From Convolutriloba macropyga (taxonomy: Eukaryota): a stretch of 64,000 nucleotides of DNA. Position numbers and translations under genes: made by a program. This document shows positions 1-12,276 of the stretch, piece by piece (the first letter of the stretch is position 1; the number at the start of each line of letters is the position of its first letter). A model generated the notes under the pieces. It saw nothing but the letters and a program-made list of their open reading frames with translations, had not been told where the DNA came from and did no database searches. The stretch covers positions 24,552,001 through 24,616,000 of the forward strand of contig NC_134470.1 in the NCBI RefSeq assembly GCF_964194025.1, written 5' to 3'.

Positions 1-2090
1 CTCAAACATGCTATCAAAAGACTTTTTCTTGACCCATGAAAAGACCATGCTGAACTCAAAGGTGTTATGAAAAGATTTTATTGGGTTCGAACGTGCTATG
101 AAAAGAGTTTTGGTTGACCCATGAAAAGACCATGCTGGACCCAAAGGTGTTATGAAAAGACTTTTATTGGACTCAAACACTCTATGAAAAGACTTTTGCT
201 TGACCATTGAAAAAGGCCATGTTGGACCCAAAGGCGTTATGAAAAGACTTTCATTGGACTCAAACGTGCTATGGAAAGAGTTTTGCTTGACCATTGAAAA
301 GGCCATGTTGGACCCAATGGCGTTATGAAAAGACTTTCATTGGACTCAAACGTGCTATGAAAAGACATTTGCTTGACCCATGAAAAAACCATGCTGGACC
401 CAAAGGTGTTATCAAAAGACTTTTGTTGGACTCAAACATGCTATGAAAAGACTTTTGCTTGACCCATGAAAAGACCATGCTGAACTCAAAGGTGTTATGA
501 AAAGATTTTATTGGGTTCAAACGTGCTATGAAAAGAGTTTTGGTTGACCCATGAAAAGACCATGCTGGACCCAAAGGTGTTATGAAAAGACTTTTATTGG
601 ACTCAAACGTGCTATGGAAAGAGTTTTGCTTGACCATTGAAAAGGCCATGTCGGACCCAAAGGCGTTATGAAAAGACTTTCATTGGACTCAAACGTGCTA
701 TGAAAAGAGTTTTGGTTGACCCATGAAAAGACCATACTTGACCCAAAGGCGTTATGAAAAGACTTTTATTGGACTCAAACATGCTATGAAAAGACTTTTG
801 CTTGACCCATGAAAAGACCATGCTGGACCCAAAGGTGTTATGAAAAGATTTTATTGGGTTCAAACGTGCTATGAAAAGAGTTTTGGTTGACCCATGAAAA
901 GACCATGCTGGACCCAAAGGTGTTATGAAAAGACTTTTATTGGACTCAAACATGCTATGAGAAGACTTTTGCTTGACCCATGAAAAGACCATGCTGGACT
1001 CAAAGGCGTTGTGAAAAGACTTCTTATTGGACTCAAACATGCTATGAAAAGACTTTTGCTTGACCCATGAAAAGACCATGCTGGACTCAAAGGTGTTATG
1101 AAAAGATTTTATTGGGTTCAAACGTGCTATGAAAAGAGTTTTAGTTGACCCATGAAAAGACCATGCTGGACTCAAAGGTGTCATGAAAAGACTTTTATTG
1201 GACTCAAACGTGCTATGTAAAGAGTTTCGCTTGACCATTGAGAAGGCCATGTTGGACCCAAAAGCGTTATGAAAAGTCTTTTATTGGACTCAAACGTGCT
1301 ATGAAAAGACTTTTGCTTGACCCATGAAAAGACCATGCTGGACTCAAAGGCGTTGTGAAAAGAATTTTTTTTGGACTCAAACATGCTATGAAAAGACTTT
1401 TGCTTGACCCATGAAAAGACCATGCTGGACTCAAAGGTGTCATGAAAAGACTTTTATTGGACTCAAACGTGCTATGGAAAGAGTTTTGCTTGACCATTGA
1501 GAAGGCCATGTTGGACCCAAAAGTGTTATCAAAAGACTTTTATTGGACTCAAACATGCTATGAAAAGACTTTTGCTTGACCCATGAAAAGACCATGCTGG
1601 ACTCAAAGGTGTTATGAAAAGAATTTATTGGGTTCAAACGTGCTATGAAAAGAGTTTTGGTTGACCCATGAAAAGACCAAGCTGGACCCAAAGGTGTTAT
1701 GAAAAGACTTTTATTGGACTCAAACATGCTATGAAAAGACTTTTGCTTGACCCATGAAAAGACCATGCTGGACTCAAAGGCGTTGTGAAAAGACTTTTTA
1801 TTGGACTCAAACATGCTATGAAAAGAATTTTGCTTGACCCAAGAAAAGACCATGCTTGACCCAAAGGCGTTATGAAAAGACTTTTATTGGACTCAAACAT
1901 GATATGAAAAGACTTTTGCTTGACCCATGAAAAGACCATGCTGGACTCAAAGGTGTTACGAAAAGATTTTATTGGGTTCAAACATGCTATGAAAAGAGTT
2001 TTGGTTGACCCATGAAAAGACCATGCTGGACCCAAAGGTGTTATGAATAGACTTTTATTGGACTAAAACGTGCTCTGAAAAGAGTTTTGC
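1..2090. repeat. Tandem satellite, ~86-bp unit built from three ATGAAAAGA-containing subunits (~32+33+21 bp)
   Basis: Recurrent GGACCCAAAGGTGTTATGAAAAGACTTTTATT / GGACTCAAACATGCTATGAAAAGACTTTTGCTT / GACCCATGAAAAGACCATGCT; runs off the window start; the overlapping minus-strand ORFs are repeat translations. Confidence 0.95.
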
Positions 2091-2291
2091 TGGATCCTAA
2101 CAACGAAGCTCGGCGGTGTAATTTTGGTCATTTTGACCCCCCTACTAGAATTTTTGGGTCTTTTTATAAGTCGAGCTCTGGACTAGGGTAATAATGCCCG
2201 GAAGTGTAAGTCACAGTGGCACTGCAAGAAACACAATAAGCTCTGACCAAAATTCATTTGGGCGAAGAAGCCTCAAGATGCTTAATTTAAG

Positions 2292-2519
2292 GTGTGTGCT
2301 ACAACCCACTTACGCAAGCAATTACTGGAGATGGTTGCCAGGTTTTGTGGAACTCAACCAAAGCAGTGCCTTTTGAAGTGAAATGGGTAGGGTTGTTGCC
2401 CTCTCACTATTATAGATTTTCTCTCAGTATCGTGGAATTGAACAACGGCACACATGACTACAACTACTCCACACCTGGGGGTTCGGGACCGTCAGCTTCA
2501 CAATTGACTTTCTGTGCAG
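2292..2519 (+). CDS. Probable exon of an extracellular fibronectin type III-like protein
   Basis: Open frame ...FEVKWVGLLPSHYYRFSLSIV...SASQLTFCA resembles the FN3 'GL.P...Y.F.V' motif; GTAAG donor at 2520 (phase 1); AG acceptor at 2290-91 is less certain. Confidence 0.55.
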
Positions 2520-3368
2520 GTAAGAATACATCTAGTGATTTTTTTAATGAAGCTTACCAAAGCGAAATGCGTATCCTTCATGAAATCCGTCGCTGCTAAA
2601 CACTGTTTTTGGATCCTTCATGCAAGTATTATTTATAGTAGCAAGGAGCATAACCGTAAAAATAGTTGCAAAAATTACTTATGAAAAAATTCTGTGCAAA
2701 TCTTAAATCAAGATTTTTCTAATAACTTTAGATTCCTATATGAAAAGTTAGCATTATGTAAAAATGTGTAAAGGAACTTTGTGCGTGTTTCAAATAAGAG
2801 TTCTCTTTCTAGAGATTTCAGATATCTTCCGAAAGATATAGGCTCACAAAATTTTGCTGAGAGTTTCAAGATTTGGTCTACAAAACTGTATAAATCGAAC
2901 TCTCCATTTTTGGACAAAATTCTCATTTAGAATTCTAATTCAAAATTAACTTCAGGTATTTTCAGAGAACTGCAATGTTTGGGTAAAGTGCATTTTCGAT
3001 AAAGTTTTGGATCCCATCCAAAGTTGCTTTATTTAATCCTGAGCTTCAGTTTGGGGTTAAAGAGCCATATATAGCAAGTTTGCTATGAAAGTACACCATT
3101 AAAAAGATTCCGAGGACTTTTTTAAACAGAATGCATCAGTTGAGTTCGTGGGACTAATGGTGTTGAAACTAACTGACTCAAACTAACTGACTGAAGAGTT
3201 ATACGGAAGCCATCGGCTAATTTTAGAACATTTAGCGTCCGTTGTCTTGTGTTATTGCCTCAATTTTGTTGCAGCAACTGCAAAAAAAGGTTCAGCCAAT
3301 TCGTTCTTCAATGCTCAGTTATTGCAACAGCAAATATGCAACAGAAAATCAGTGATAGAGTTGTTTTT

Positions 3369-3861
3369 CCCGGATCGAATTGTCAACACTCGAAAATGGT
3401 AAAAAAAAAATTGTAAGAATTGTGGTGAATTCAGTAAAGTATGTATGAGTTGCAATTTGAATGCCCAATGTCGTGAAAACTCTAAGAAATAAGAGTTTGA
3501 ACGCTTCTTTCAAAGCTTCAAAAGCGCAATACTCACAAAATAGTATTGGTAAATATTCACTGGAAATCTTCTGGCATTTAGTTTTCTTTTCACAACTCAA
3601 TGTTGCGGTGAATTTTCGTCATCGCTTAAGCTGTGAAAACAAAATTTCACCGCGAAAAACCACCAACATTGACCACTTATGTTTACCTTAGCCAATGTGG
3701 CGAATAAATAAACTTCGTGCCTAAAAGCCGCAAACCATGCCATTTTTTAGCTTTCATCGCTAAAATATGCGTACCATTTGCGGGAATTATACAAAAAATA
3801 TTTAACTTCACCTCTATCAACCGCATTTCTGGCCTATTTTCTCCGCAAAACCTCCTCCTGG
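3369..3861 (-). mobile_element. Degenerate copy of the CCCGGG-ended MITE seen at 34552-35175
   Basis: Ends CCCGGATCGAATTGTCAAC and CAAAACCTCCTCCTGG match the reverse complement of the 34552-35175 termini; internal GCGGTGAA/TTCACCGC motifs. Confidence 0.6.
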
Positions 3862-5052
3862 TTTATAGATGAGGTATGAAAAACAATTTTCAAAAATTTT
3901 TCTATAAACTGAAATTAAGAGCTGACAGAAGTACATTGGACGCGTACTGTTGTAGTTTTTATAATCGCTGGAAGAAATTGCTTTCCTTGAAAGTGCCTCT
4001 AATAATTTCTTTTACTTCATTAACAAAACCTAATTTTTTCTAAACAGTTAGTTAACACTGCTCTTGTCAAAAAAGTCTTCTTTGGTCATCTGAAAATTGT
4101 CCAAAAAATGAAAAAAAAACTCAAACACTAGTTTGTAGCTTATTTTCTCCCGACAATGTTGGAGACGAAAAATGGCTGTGATTATTATGCTCAATAGCTT
4201 TTGCATTCTAAACTACATATTTTCCTTCTTCCTGTCGCTACATTAAATATCAGCAGTGTTTACACCTTACGCAGCATGAAAACTTTGACCTAAAAGATCA
4301 TCTTCTCAGTGACTTATTATCATTATAGTTTTTACCAAGCTTAAAAAGTTTTCTACTCAATTCCACTAAAATGTAGAACATCACTTGGCTAAATTCGAAT
4401 TTTGTCGAGAAAATAGACTCTGTTGTCTAACTATTTATCACGACCTTGTTCTAAGATTAGTGTTATAATATAAGCGTTGGAAAAAATGGTTTCTGTAAGC
4501 AAATTTATCTCATAAATTATTCGAGTTTGGATATATCCGTCACACTTTTCACTATAAGAGTTTTTGGAGGGTTTTATGAGGTTATTTTGCTACTAATTTC
4601 AACGCCATTGTTAAATCAAAATCACGCTTTTCTTCCGCAGTTGCAACTATCAAATAGCTAGTGTCAATTTCACTAAATTGAGAGAAAACCTAGTTGGGGT
4701 TTAGTTTCGGATATATCACATTCGATTCTAATTGTGGATTAAGAAGACAATTAGCGGTTTTGCGTTTACGCCTATCACTCTCCACAAGAACAATCAGTAC
4801 TTTGAATTTTGTCTCCAGTGTTTACTAATAAGTTTTGATCAAAAAATGTTGGCAAATTTTATGTTCAAATTCGTGACATTGGGCAATTTTCATCCGTTAA
4901 TTAATAGTAAACTTAATTAAATGATTTTTGCGTAGCTTTCTTGCTATTATGCTCGCAATAATATATAAAAAAATACTAACCAATTTCTTTTTTTAAAAAA
5001 AATTATGTGAAGTGCCAAATGAAGCTATCAGATTTGTAATATAATTTATAAA

Positions 5053-5469
5053 AGACGAAATTGATAATTGTAGTAAAAGAATTTGAGATAGATTTCCTGA
5101 TCAGATATGTTATTCAACAGAAGCGGAAAAGAGTGACCAGAGGTCGCTTATAGTCTGCAACTGTCTGTTCCGATTTCACTTTGGTCCAGACATCAGCTTG
5201 TGTGATGACACACTGGAAATGAGTACAAGTGCTAAAATGTTTTGTTTTCCCCCTTAAACATTAACACAATAAAATCCTAAACAGTGCAGAATAAGCGGAG
5301 CCTTTTAACGTTTTGTTGTTTCTGCAGATCTTAATCTGGTATTTAACGTCCAAAATTACTGTGCTGGGCCAAATAATGGAGTAAAAAGACATCTGTTTGA
5401 CTCTAAGCGATGGATTTTTGTTTGATCAAAATTTTGTCGTGTTGGACTTTTGCTACACCTAAACTTCCA
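5053..5469 (+). repeat. ~400-bp direct repeat, copy 1 (copy 2 at 6421-6821)
   Basis: AGACGAAATTGATAATTG...CCTAAACTTCCA nearly identical in both copies; copy 1 has an extra ~15 bp (AAGACATCTGTTTGA). Confidence 0.95.
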
Positions 5470-6420
5470 GTCGAAAACAGATGGTTATCTCGCAAGATTC
5501 TGCCAGAATCTTGCAAAAACTGCCTATCTTGCAAGATCTGACAGAAAAATGGTTATCTTGCAAGGTCTGGCACAAAAATGGTTATCTTGCAAGATTCTTG
5601 CAAGTTCGTTCCGGTCGAGTTGTCCTCTTATTGGCTCTCATTCATGCAACACATTTCACTTCGACCAGAAATTTACTTAAGAATCAGTTGCGTGTTTTTT
5701 AAGAAAAAAATAAATTTTGAATAGATTTAAATCTGGAAATATTAATTATCTGAAGAAAACAAACTAAAATCTGCCTTTGAGAACTGTTAACACAAAATAA
5801 ATTACTATCAAAAATTATTTTCCTTCAACTTTATCAAGATTTACAAAACTACACGTCTATATTACCTTTTCTGATGAAAAAATTGTGTTATTATTCTTTG
5901 CATCTTAAACAGCTTTATTTCGTTTAATTTAGCTCCTTACGCTTAATTTTTCTTGCCAATGCCCAAAAAATTTGATGCTTAGATTAATACTTTTCTGATG
6001 TTTTTTTAATAATTGTCTTTCGATTTTTTGTCGATGCGCAAAATATGTGTGCATTCGAATATTGCAACCGTTTTAGCGTTTTCTTTCAAGTGTAAGGTCT
6101 TTTCAAGTGTAAGAAAGTTTTTTTTGCAAACGGCTATCTTGCAAGATTCTTGCAAAACGAACGGTTATCTTGTAAGATTCTGGCAGAACGAATGGTTATC
6201 TTGCAAGATTCTTGTAAAAAATGGTTATCTTGCAAGATCTTGCAAGATTCTGGCAGAAATTCTTGCAAGACGATGTATCGTCTTGTAAGATTCTGCCAGA
6301 TTCTGGCAAAATCTTGCAAGATAACCACTGGCAGAATCTTGCAAGACGATACATCGTCTTGCAAGATTCTGCCAGATTCTGGCAAAATCTTGCAAGATAA
6401 CCATTCAGATCCGGCTTGGG
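5467..6420. mobile_element. Non-autonomous DNA transposon (MITE) with ATCTTGCAAGAT subterminal palindrome arrays; EnSpm/CMC-like termini
   Basis: Left CCAGTCGAAAACAGATGGTTATCTCGCAAGA versus right TCTTGCAAGATAACCATTCAGATCCGGCTTGGG (imperfect TIR); many TCTTGCAAGA palindromes near both ends; AT-rich non-coding core. Confidence 0.75.
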
Positions 6421-6821
6421 AGACGAAATTGATAATTGTAGTAAAAGAATTTGAGATAGATTTCCTGATCAGATATGTTATTCAACAGAAGCGGAAAAGA
6501 CTGACCAGAGGTCGCTTGTAGTCTGCAACTGTCTGTTCCGATTTCACTTTGGTCCAGACATCAGCTTGTGTGATGACACACTGAAAATGAGTACAAGTGC
6601 AAAAAATGTTTTGTTTTCCCCCTTAAACATTAACACGATAAAATCCAAACAGTGCAGAATAAGCGGAGCCTTTTAACGTTTTGTTGTTTCTGCAGATCTT
6701 AATCTGGTATTTAACGTCCAAAATTACTGTGCTAGGCCAAATAATGGAGTAAACTCTAAGCGATGGATTTTTGTTTGATCAAAATTTTGTCGTGTTGGAC
6801 TTTTGCTACACCTAAACTTCC
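6421..6821 (+). repeat. ~400-bp direct repeat, copy 2
   Basis: Matches 5053-5469 and begins exactly at the MITE's GGG end. Confidence 0.95.
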
Positions 6822-7019
6822 ACACTCAATTTCAAATTGCCAAAAATTACTGCCTGAAGTTAGGTAGCGCTATTCTCAAACCTTGAGCCGAAGGAAATTA
6901 TTCTTTTAATTCCTTTTAGGCAAAAAAACTTTTCCAGCATTTCAGTTTTTTGGTTAATGTTTATAACGTTAAGTATAATCCTTCGATCGGAATAGACGTC
7001 CCGTTTGTGCAAATTTCAG

Positions 7020-7201
7020 TTCCTTTCCCACCGGTGAACATGAGCTTGATTGAAGAGGTCGCTGCCGACTCATTCAGCTTCGATCTCACACAAAACTTGT
7101 CAGGCTATACTCCCGGAGGATACGAAGTATACGTGCATGATCTTTCTGGAACTGAGCTAGACACGATTTATGACTTCTCAGGCGTTGAGGATGAATTTGG
7201 G
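7020..7201 (+). CDS. Probable next exon of the FN3-like gene (VPFPPVNMSLIEEVAADSFSF...YEVYVHD)
   Basis: TTTCAG acceptor (AG at 7018-19) is phase 1 and compatible with the 2519 donor (G|TT = Val); P.PP.N start typical of FN3; GTTAGT donor at 7202. Confidence 0.55.
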
Positions 7202-7263
7202 GTTAGTACTTTGCGCTGTATACAGAATAGTGTTATATTTAAGCTAGATTGTATGTGAATATG

Positions 7264-7463
7264 NNNNNNNNNNNNNNNNNNNNNNNNNNNNNNNNNNNNN
7301 NNNNNNNNNNNNNNNNNNNNNNNNNNNNNNNNNNNNNNNNNNNNNNNNNNNNNNNNNNNNNNNNNNNNNNNNNNNNNNNNNNNNNNNNNNNNNNNNNNNN
7401 NNNNNNNNNNNNNNNNNNNNNNNNNNNNNNNNNNNNNNNNNNNNNNNNNNNNNNNNNNNNNNN
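7264..7463. other. Assembly gap
   Basis: 200 N. Confidence 1.
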
Positions 7464-7579
7464 ATGAGGTCTTAAGGTTTGATGTTAGATGTCAACGAAA
7501 AGCTCTTCATTGTTGGTGTTGTGATTTCTTGAATAAACTGGTTTTATTTTTCAAAAACGCTAGAACATTTTCAGTGGCA

Positions 7580-7855
7580 ATGCATCAAAGTAAAATTTAT
7601 GTTGATGAATCTGGAGTTCAATGTAAAAGAGACAACACTTTGAGTTCTGTTCCAAGAGAGAATGTAGCTGAGGCTGATAATCGCATCCAACGAGAACTAG
7701 TTGAGCTAAGGAAAAAGGTTGAAGAGTTATCCGAGCGCGTGAGAAAACTAGAGAATGCTGCTGTCGAGTTGGTTGACTTAACGAAAGATGAGAGTTTTGA
7801 CACCACAGTTTCTGTAAATTCTGACGATATAAGTCCAGTAGAGAATGGCATATGA
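7580..7855 (+). CDS. Small coiled-coil ORF or exon of unknown function
   Basis: Heptad pattern IQRELVELRKKVEELSERVRKLE followed by VELVDLT (SUMO-interacting-motif-like) and an acidic tail. Confidence 0.45.
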   Translation: MHQSKIYVDESGVQCKRDNTLSSVPRENVAEADNRIQRELVELRKKVEELSERVRKLENAAVELVDLTKDESFDTTVSVNSDDISPVENGI

Positions 7856-8170
7856 AAACAGTTTCATAAATTCTAGTGGCTATCCTTAATAGATTACAAT
7901 TAGGTATTCTCGTCGCTAACAAAAGCAAAGTTTTGAAATGTAATTTACTATTTCGTACTGTCTCTGGAGATTTGTTTCCTTTCGAATTGTAGTTGTCTGT
8001 ATTACAAAAGTTGATTGATGCTCTTGACCAGTTACTCAATTTTATTGTCCAGTTACTCAAAATAAAATTGTTGGTTTATAATTTTTCACCCTGACACCCA
8101 ACAAGTTACTGTTATGAACTGTTTTTTGCTTTTTGAAATGCAGGATCTGCTATCTTTCAGACCACCACAA

Positions 8171-9823
8171 ATGTCTTCCAATAAATGCCATTATTCGTGG
8201 CTGATCTTGTCAGAAAGAGAAGATGACGCGCGAATAATTGACAAAGAATCCGAGTTGTGGGATAGCGAGATGAGTCTTATGGATAAATTGGCCCAGAAAT
8301 AGGGACAACATGTGAATTTCAATGTTAATGGCAAGCAGGTGCCCTATATTATAGTCCAACAAGGTATCGAAAATTTCGAAGAAGACCTTAAAACATTGAA
8401 AGAGGAAATGAAAATCTCAGATGAGATTGTTTGCGTTGAAGAAAGTAATCAGGCAGACGCAGCAATTGACTGTCCACAGTCAACTCAGAAGGCGACTAGC
8501 AATACCACAGTTGCAGTTGCGGTATTTATAGTTCTTTTCCTTACTGAATCTAAGTTCTCTCTCTAACCGCAACACAGCGCTATTATTTTTCAAAATATTT
8601 CTAGGAGTCCTTAGTCAATATTCTTTTGTGTCATTTAAAGCATATGCATTAAGATCCCCTTAATTTGTGATTGGTTATTGGAAATATTTTTGAATGTTAG
8701 TCGAATCACGATAATTCAAAGAGCAGTCAACCTTTATTTTTTAGTGTTGCTCGGAGCATGAGAATCTTACAGAAGTTCTTCTGAAGAACGAAAAACGACT
8801 CAATGACGTTGTAGACTTGATGACCTTGACGACGACTCAAGCGGCTAGCGATCTCTTGACTTTGAAAAGAAAAATAACTACCATTGTAAGCATTAGAAAC
8901 TTTTGTGATCTAGCAAATTGACTTTTGTGACTATCTAGCAAATTACAGTTCGTAATTTCTATGCTACAAGCGTCGAATCAACGTTGAGTCTGTAATGCTT
9001 CAAAATTGTGATGAGTTTTTTGGCTAAGTGCTTTCTCTAGGTGAACTACGCCTTTAATTCAGTCGACGTCAATTGTGGAATGGAGGTTGAAGAGGTTGAA
9101 TCAATAGAGGAAGTAAATGCTGACTCCGATGAAAGCAATTTGTTCCTTCTGATAGAAGAGAAACCTCCCGTACAGTTTGGGATAAACAATCAAAACTTGG
9201 ATAATGTTTATCATGGACATTTGCCGGCTTCCTTTGGTGTTGCCTTGCGCAAGTGGATATGGGGAGTGAATGGACTAGCATTCGAAATGATTTTGCCGCT
9301 GAAAAGTATCGATGGTGGTCGCACATGTGCTTCGAAGGAGTCAATGCTCAAGTTTTTCCGTAAGTTTTTTTCCCAGAATAGAATTTTTTCATCGTTTTAA
9401 TTGGGTTGTCTTGAAAGTCTAAAAACTCTCAAATAGGTAGTTGCAAATTACACATCCCATCAATCCTTAGTTTTTATGTTTTGCATTCCCTGAGTTTTAT
9501 CATATCAAGCATTTCTGCCATTAGCTTAGTCCTTGACTGGTAATTTTCGTCAAAGCTTTTCCACGTTTTCGCACAATTGATTATATCAAGACTCCAGTTC
9601 AAAGTTTAGAAAAAGTTTGAAATGATGTGTAGGCTCTGTTCAACGAAAGTTCCCTTGCAAAAAATTCCCCGATGCCAGGGCCAAGGCTAAGAATGCAGCA
9701 AACAAAGCAGGGCTAAACGCACGCCAAAGAATTCATGGAACAGGAAAATACACTACTTTTGCAAAGACAAGTAAGAAAGGAGTCCAAGAGTCAAATAGAG
9801 GAAATGAGAAAGATCAAATTTAG
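8171..9823 (+). pseudogene. Accessory gene A: 4 exons (8171-8521, 8745-8885, 9041-9359, 9633-9823), ~333 aa, C-terminal BEN-like domain; one in-frame TAG at 8300-8302
   Basis: All three introns are GT-AG and frame-compatible; C-terminus SFGVALRKWIWG...KFF|RSVQRKFP...AKAKNAANKAGLNAR fits the BEN helical pattern. Confidence 0.7.
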
Positions 9824-10193
9824 AAGTGCGGCAAGAATGAGAAAGATTCTTCTTGCTCCTCAATCTTTTGATTGATTTTTTTAGTTATGTTAGATGACTT
9901 TGGTGATTCGTACTATTTTATCGATGCAATTGATAGCTGTTTTGAGCTGATAGATGGTAGTTGATTTATTTCGATAGTTGATTTATCAGCTAGTGTTATT
10001 TCGTTTGCTATCTGAGTGAATAACTAACAGCGTTTTGGCTTTTGTGTTAAAAGGTTTTATCTCAATGCTTTTCAGTTTACGTTCCTAGATATTGAGGCAA
10101 TAGTAGGAAGAACTATCAAGGTAAACCAATAAATTCGATAGTTTGTTATCTGAGTTTTTGAAAACATTTTTTGTCCCGACTTCAGAGCTAAAA

Positions 10194-11658
10194 ATGTCTC
10201 AAAAACATTTGACTCTGTCATCTGGACGAGTTGTTAGAGAGCCTGGGTTTGAAACTGAGCCTGAAGTAGCTGTTGAACGAAGTCTTCAACGAGAACACAG
10301 AGATACCAAGTTTCTGTTCAACTATTCTGATACATTGTTTTCATGCTCTTTAAATTGTGATAGCTGGCCAATTAATACGTCAACGGACTCGAAGCTGTCA
10401 TTAAAACCCGGAGAGAGGTGCGACATGTTCCACAGAGACAAAAAGAACCCAAAGAACTGTCTGTTTCTGGGGAGGGGTTCCTCCAAATCTGTTGCGCATC
10501 ATCAGAAAGTCACGTTGGCCAGGTTAAAGAAAGGACTTCCAGCGCAGTATGTACCGCAACCCTCTTTTTACCAACAGTCTAGTCAAATCAGTCACGTCTC
10601 AAATTCAAAAACTGTTTTGTCAGCATCTAGTGGCTCAGTTGCTGTAAAAATTTCTAAAGATGCCAGCAAGGCCCAAAGTGAGGCGAGCAAAACGCTACTG
10701 TTCCAAGACCCTGCTGTTTTAAAAACGAGCGAGCAAAGTATCACATCGGTACCACCGGCTAACAAATCTAGTGCTGCAGATTGCAAAAGTTTCCAAGAGT
10801 TTATGAAAAGTCACGAGCAACGAATGAAGCATGCCAGAGATATTGCGATAGAAATTAAGAGAAAAGGAGATAAGAGAAGACGATATCAACACAGAGAAGC
10901 AGAAGACATGGTTAGTTTTTGTCAGAAATTTTTTTGTTTGGAATAATCGTGAAACTACTGATCAGCTTTTTGTTTGTTTATATTGCCGAAAACTGCTCCT
11001 TGATGCTCTGTTAAACGTTGTAGGCAATAATATAGATACGCCAGAGTTTGTTTAGCTCGTTGACTTGAAGGAAGCATTCAGTCTCCAACAAAAAGGCTTT
11101 CAAAGCGTTGATGAGGACCCCTCGTTAATGGAAGCCTACCCATGCAAACAAGTTGAATTCAATGGGGAAGATCTCTGCAAAACTCTTCGAGCCGGGCCAC
11201 ATCCGTCAACTCTTGGAAGATGTTTGAGAAAGTCTTTGTTTGGTGAGGATGGCCTGACAAAGGACATGATTGAAAGCGACAACTCGCCATGTCGGGGAGA
11301 AGCGGAAGCTGGGCTAGCCAAACTTTTCGAGGGTTACAAAGATTTTTCCTCCTGATAGCTTTTAAGTCGAAGGCCGCAAATCTTTCATTCTGATCTGTTA
11401 AAATATAATTTCTCATTAAATATAAATCAAAGTGGTTATATCTAGGTTTTTTGTAGTGAAAAAATTCCTTTCAAAAATGAATCGAGTTTGTTTACAGAAG
11501 TGGTCAAACAGAAGTATCCCTGTACTCCTCGACTTGCCTACAAAAAGGCCAGGATGGCAGCCAATCAGGCAGGCTTAGAAAGACGGGCTTTTCTCAACCG
11601 GAGTGACGATCCAAGCAAACCAAATTTGGAAGCTGGTATTCGAAGCCCTGAGCTTTAA
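10194..11658 (+). pseudogene. Accessory gene B: exons ~10194-10910, ~11024-11332, 11498-11658, C-terminal BEN-like domain; lesion near the first junction
   Basis: STLGRCLRKSLFGEDGL...KLFE|EVVKQKYP...AYKKARMAANQAGLERR; phase-1 intron 11333-11497; phase mismatch and a TAG (11053) at the exon 1/2 junction. Confidence 0.65.
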
Positions 11659-12276
11659 AGAGACTCTTTTCGTAGACAGAAATGTTTAGCGTGTTCAAAG
11701 ACATAGTAAAACATATTTAGCGGCGGTAGTTTTATAGTTGTATTTTGACTTTGCGCAGCTTTGGCCGAAAACACTTATTTTTCAATTGCTTGAATGTGCC
11801 TTCGTTCTGCCTCTTCTTTGGCTTGAAGTGTTTATCTTGATCTCGTTTTTATCAAATCTTTGGCAGTTTTCATATTTTAGGAGTGCGTAGATTTTTAATG
11901 CAGTGCTATTTAAAATCAGTTTATCAGGTGTTTTGTATACGTTTAGTTTCTTTGTACTCAAGGATGTATAATGGTTTTTTCATTAAACCAAGCTTTTGCC
12001 GCAAAACTAGCCCTGAAAAAACTTGTAGTAACATGATAGTTGTACCTTTAAAATTTTTAATTCTTAAGGTAGTCTTAATTAGTTGTACTGTTGTTCTCCG
12101 GTCGTCTTTATCAAGTTAAATGCTGTATTGTTTTGTAACAAATGATAAATTTTTTGTTTTCCGTTGAATTCAAAAGTTAATCTGGTCTGAAACTTTTATC
12201 AGTCTACTGCTTTTTTCCTTTTTGATAGACAAAACGTGCGACCTACAGCCACACCAGCAGTTTTTCGTTTTTAGAT

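Noticed and set aside
323-2035. Repetitive minus-strand ORFs as a repeat protein
   Set aside because: The unit length (86) is not a multiple of 3 and the ORFs shift frames; these are satellite translations
6820-6845. CACAC as the left terminus of the EnSpm element
   Set aside because: No matching inverted end was found, and an FN3-like host exon lies between it and the element genes
7249-7467. ORFs spanning N runs (also 15407-15791)
   Set aside because: Artefacts of assembly gaps
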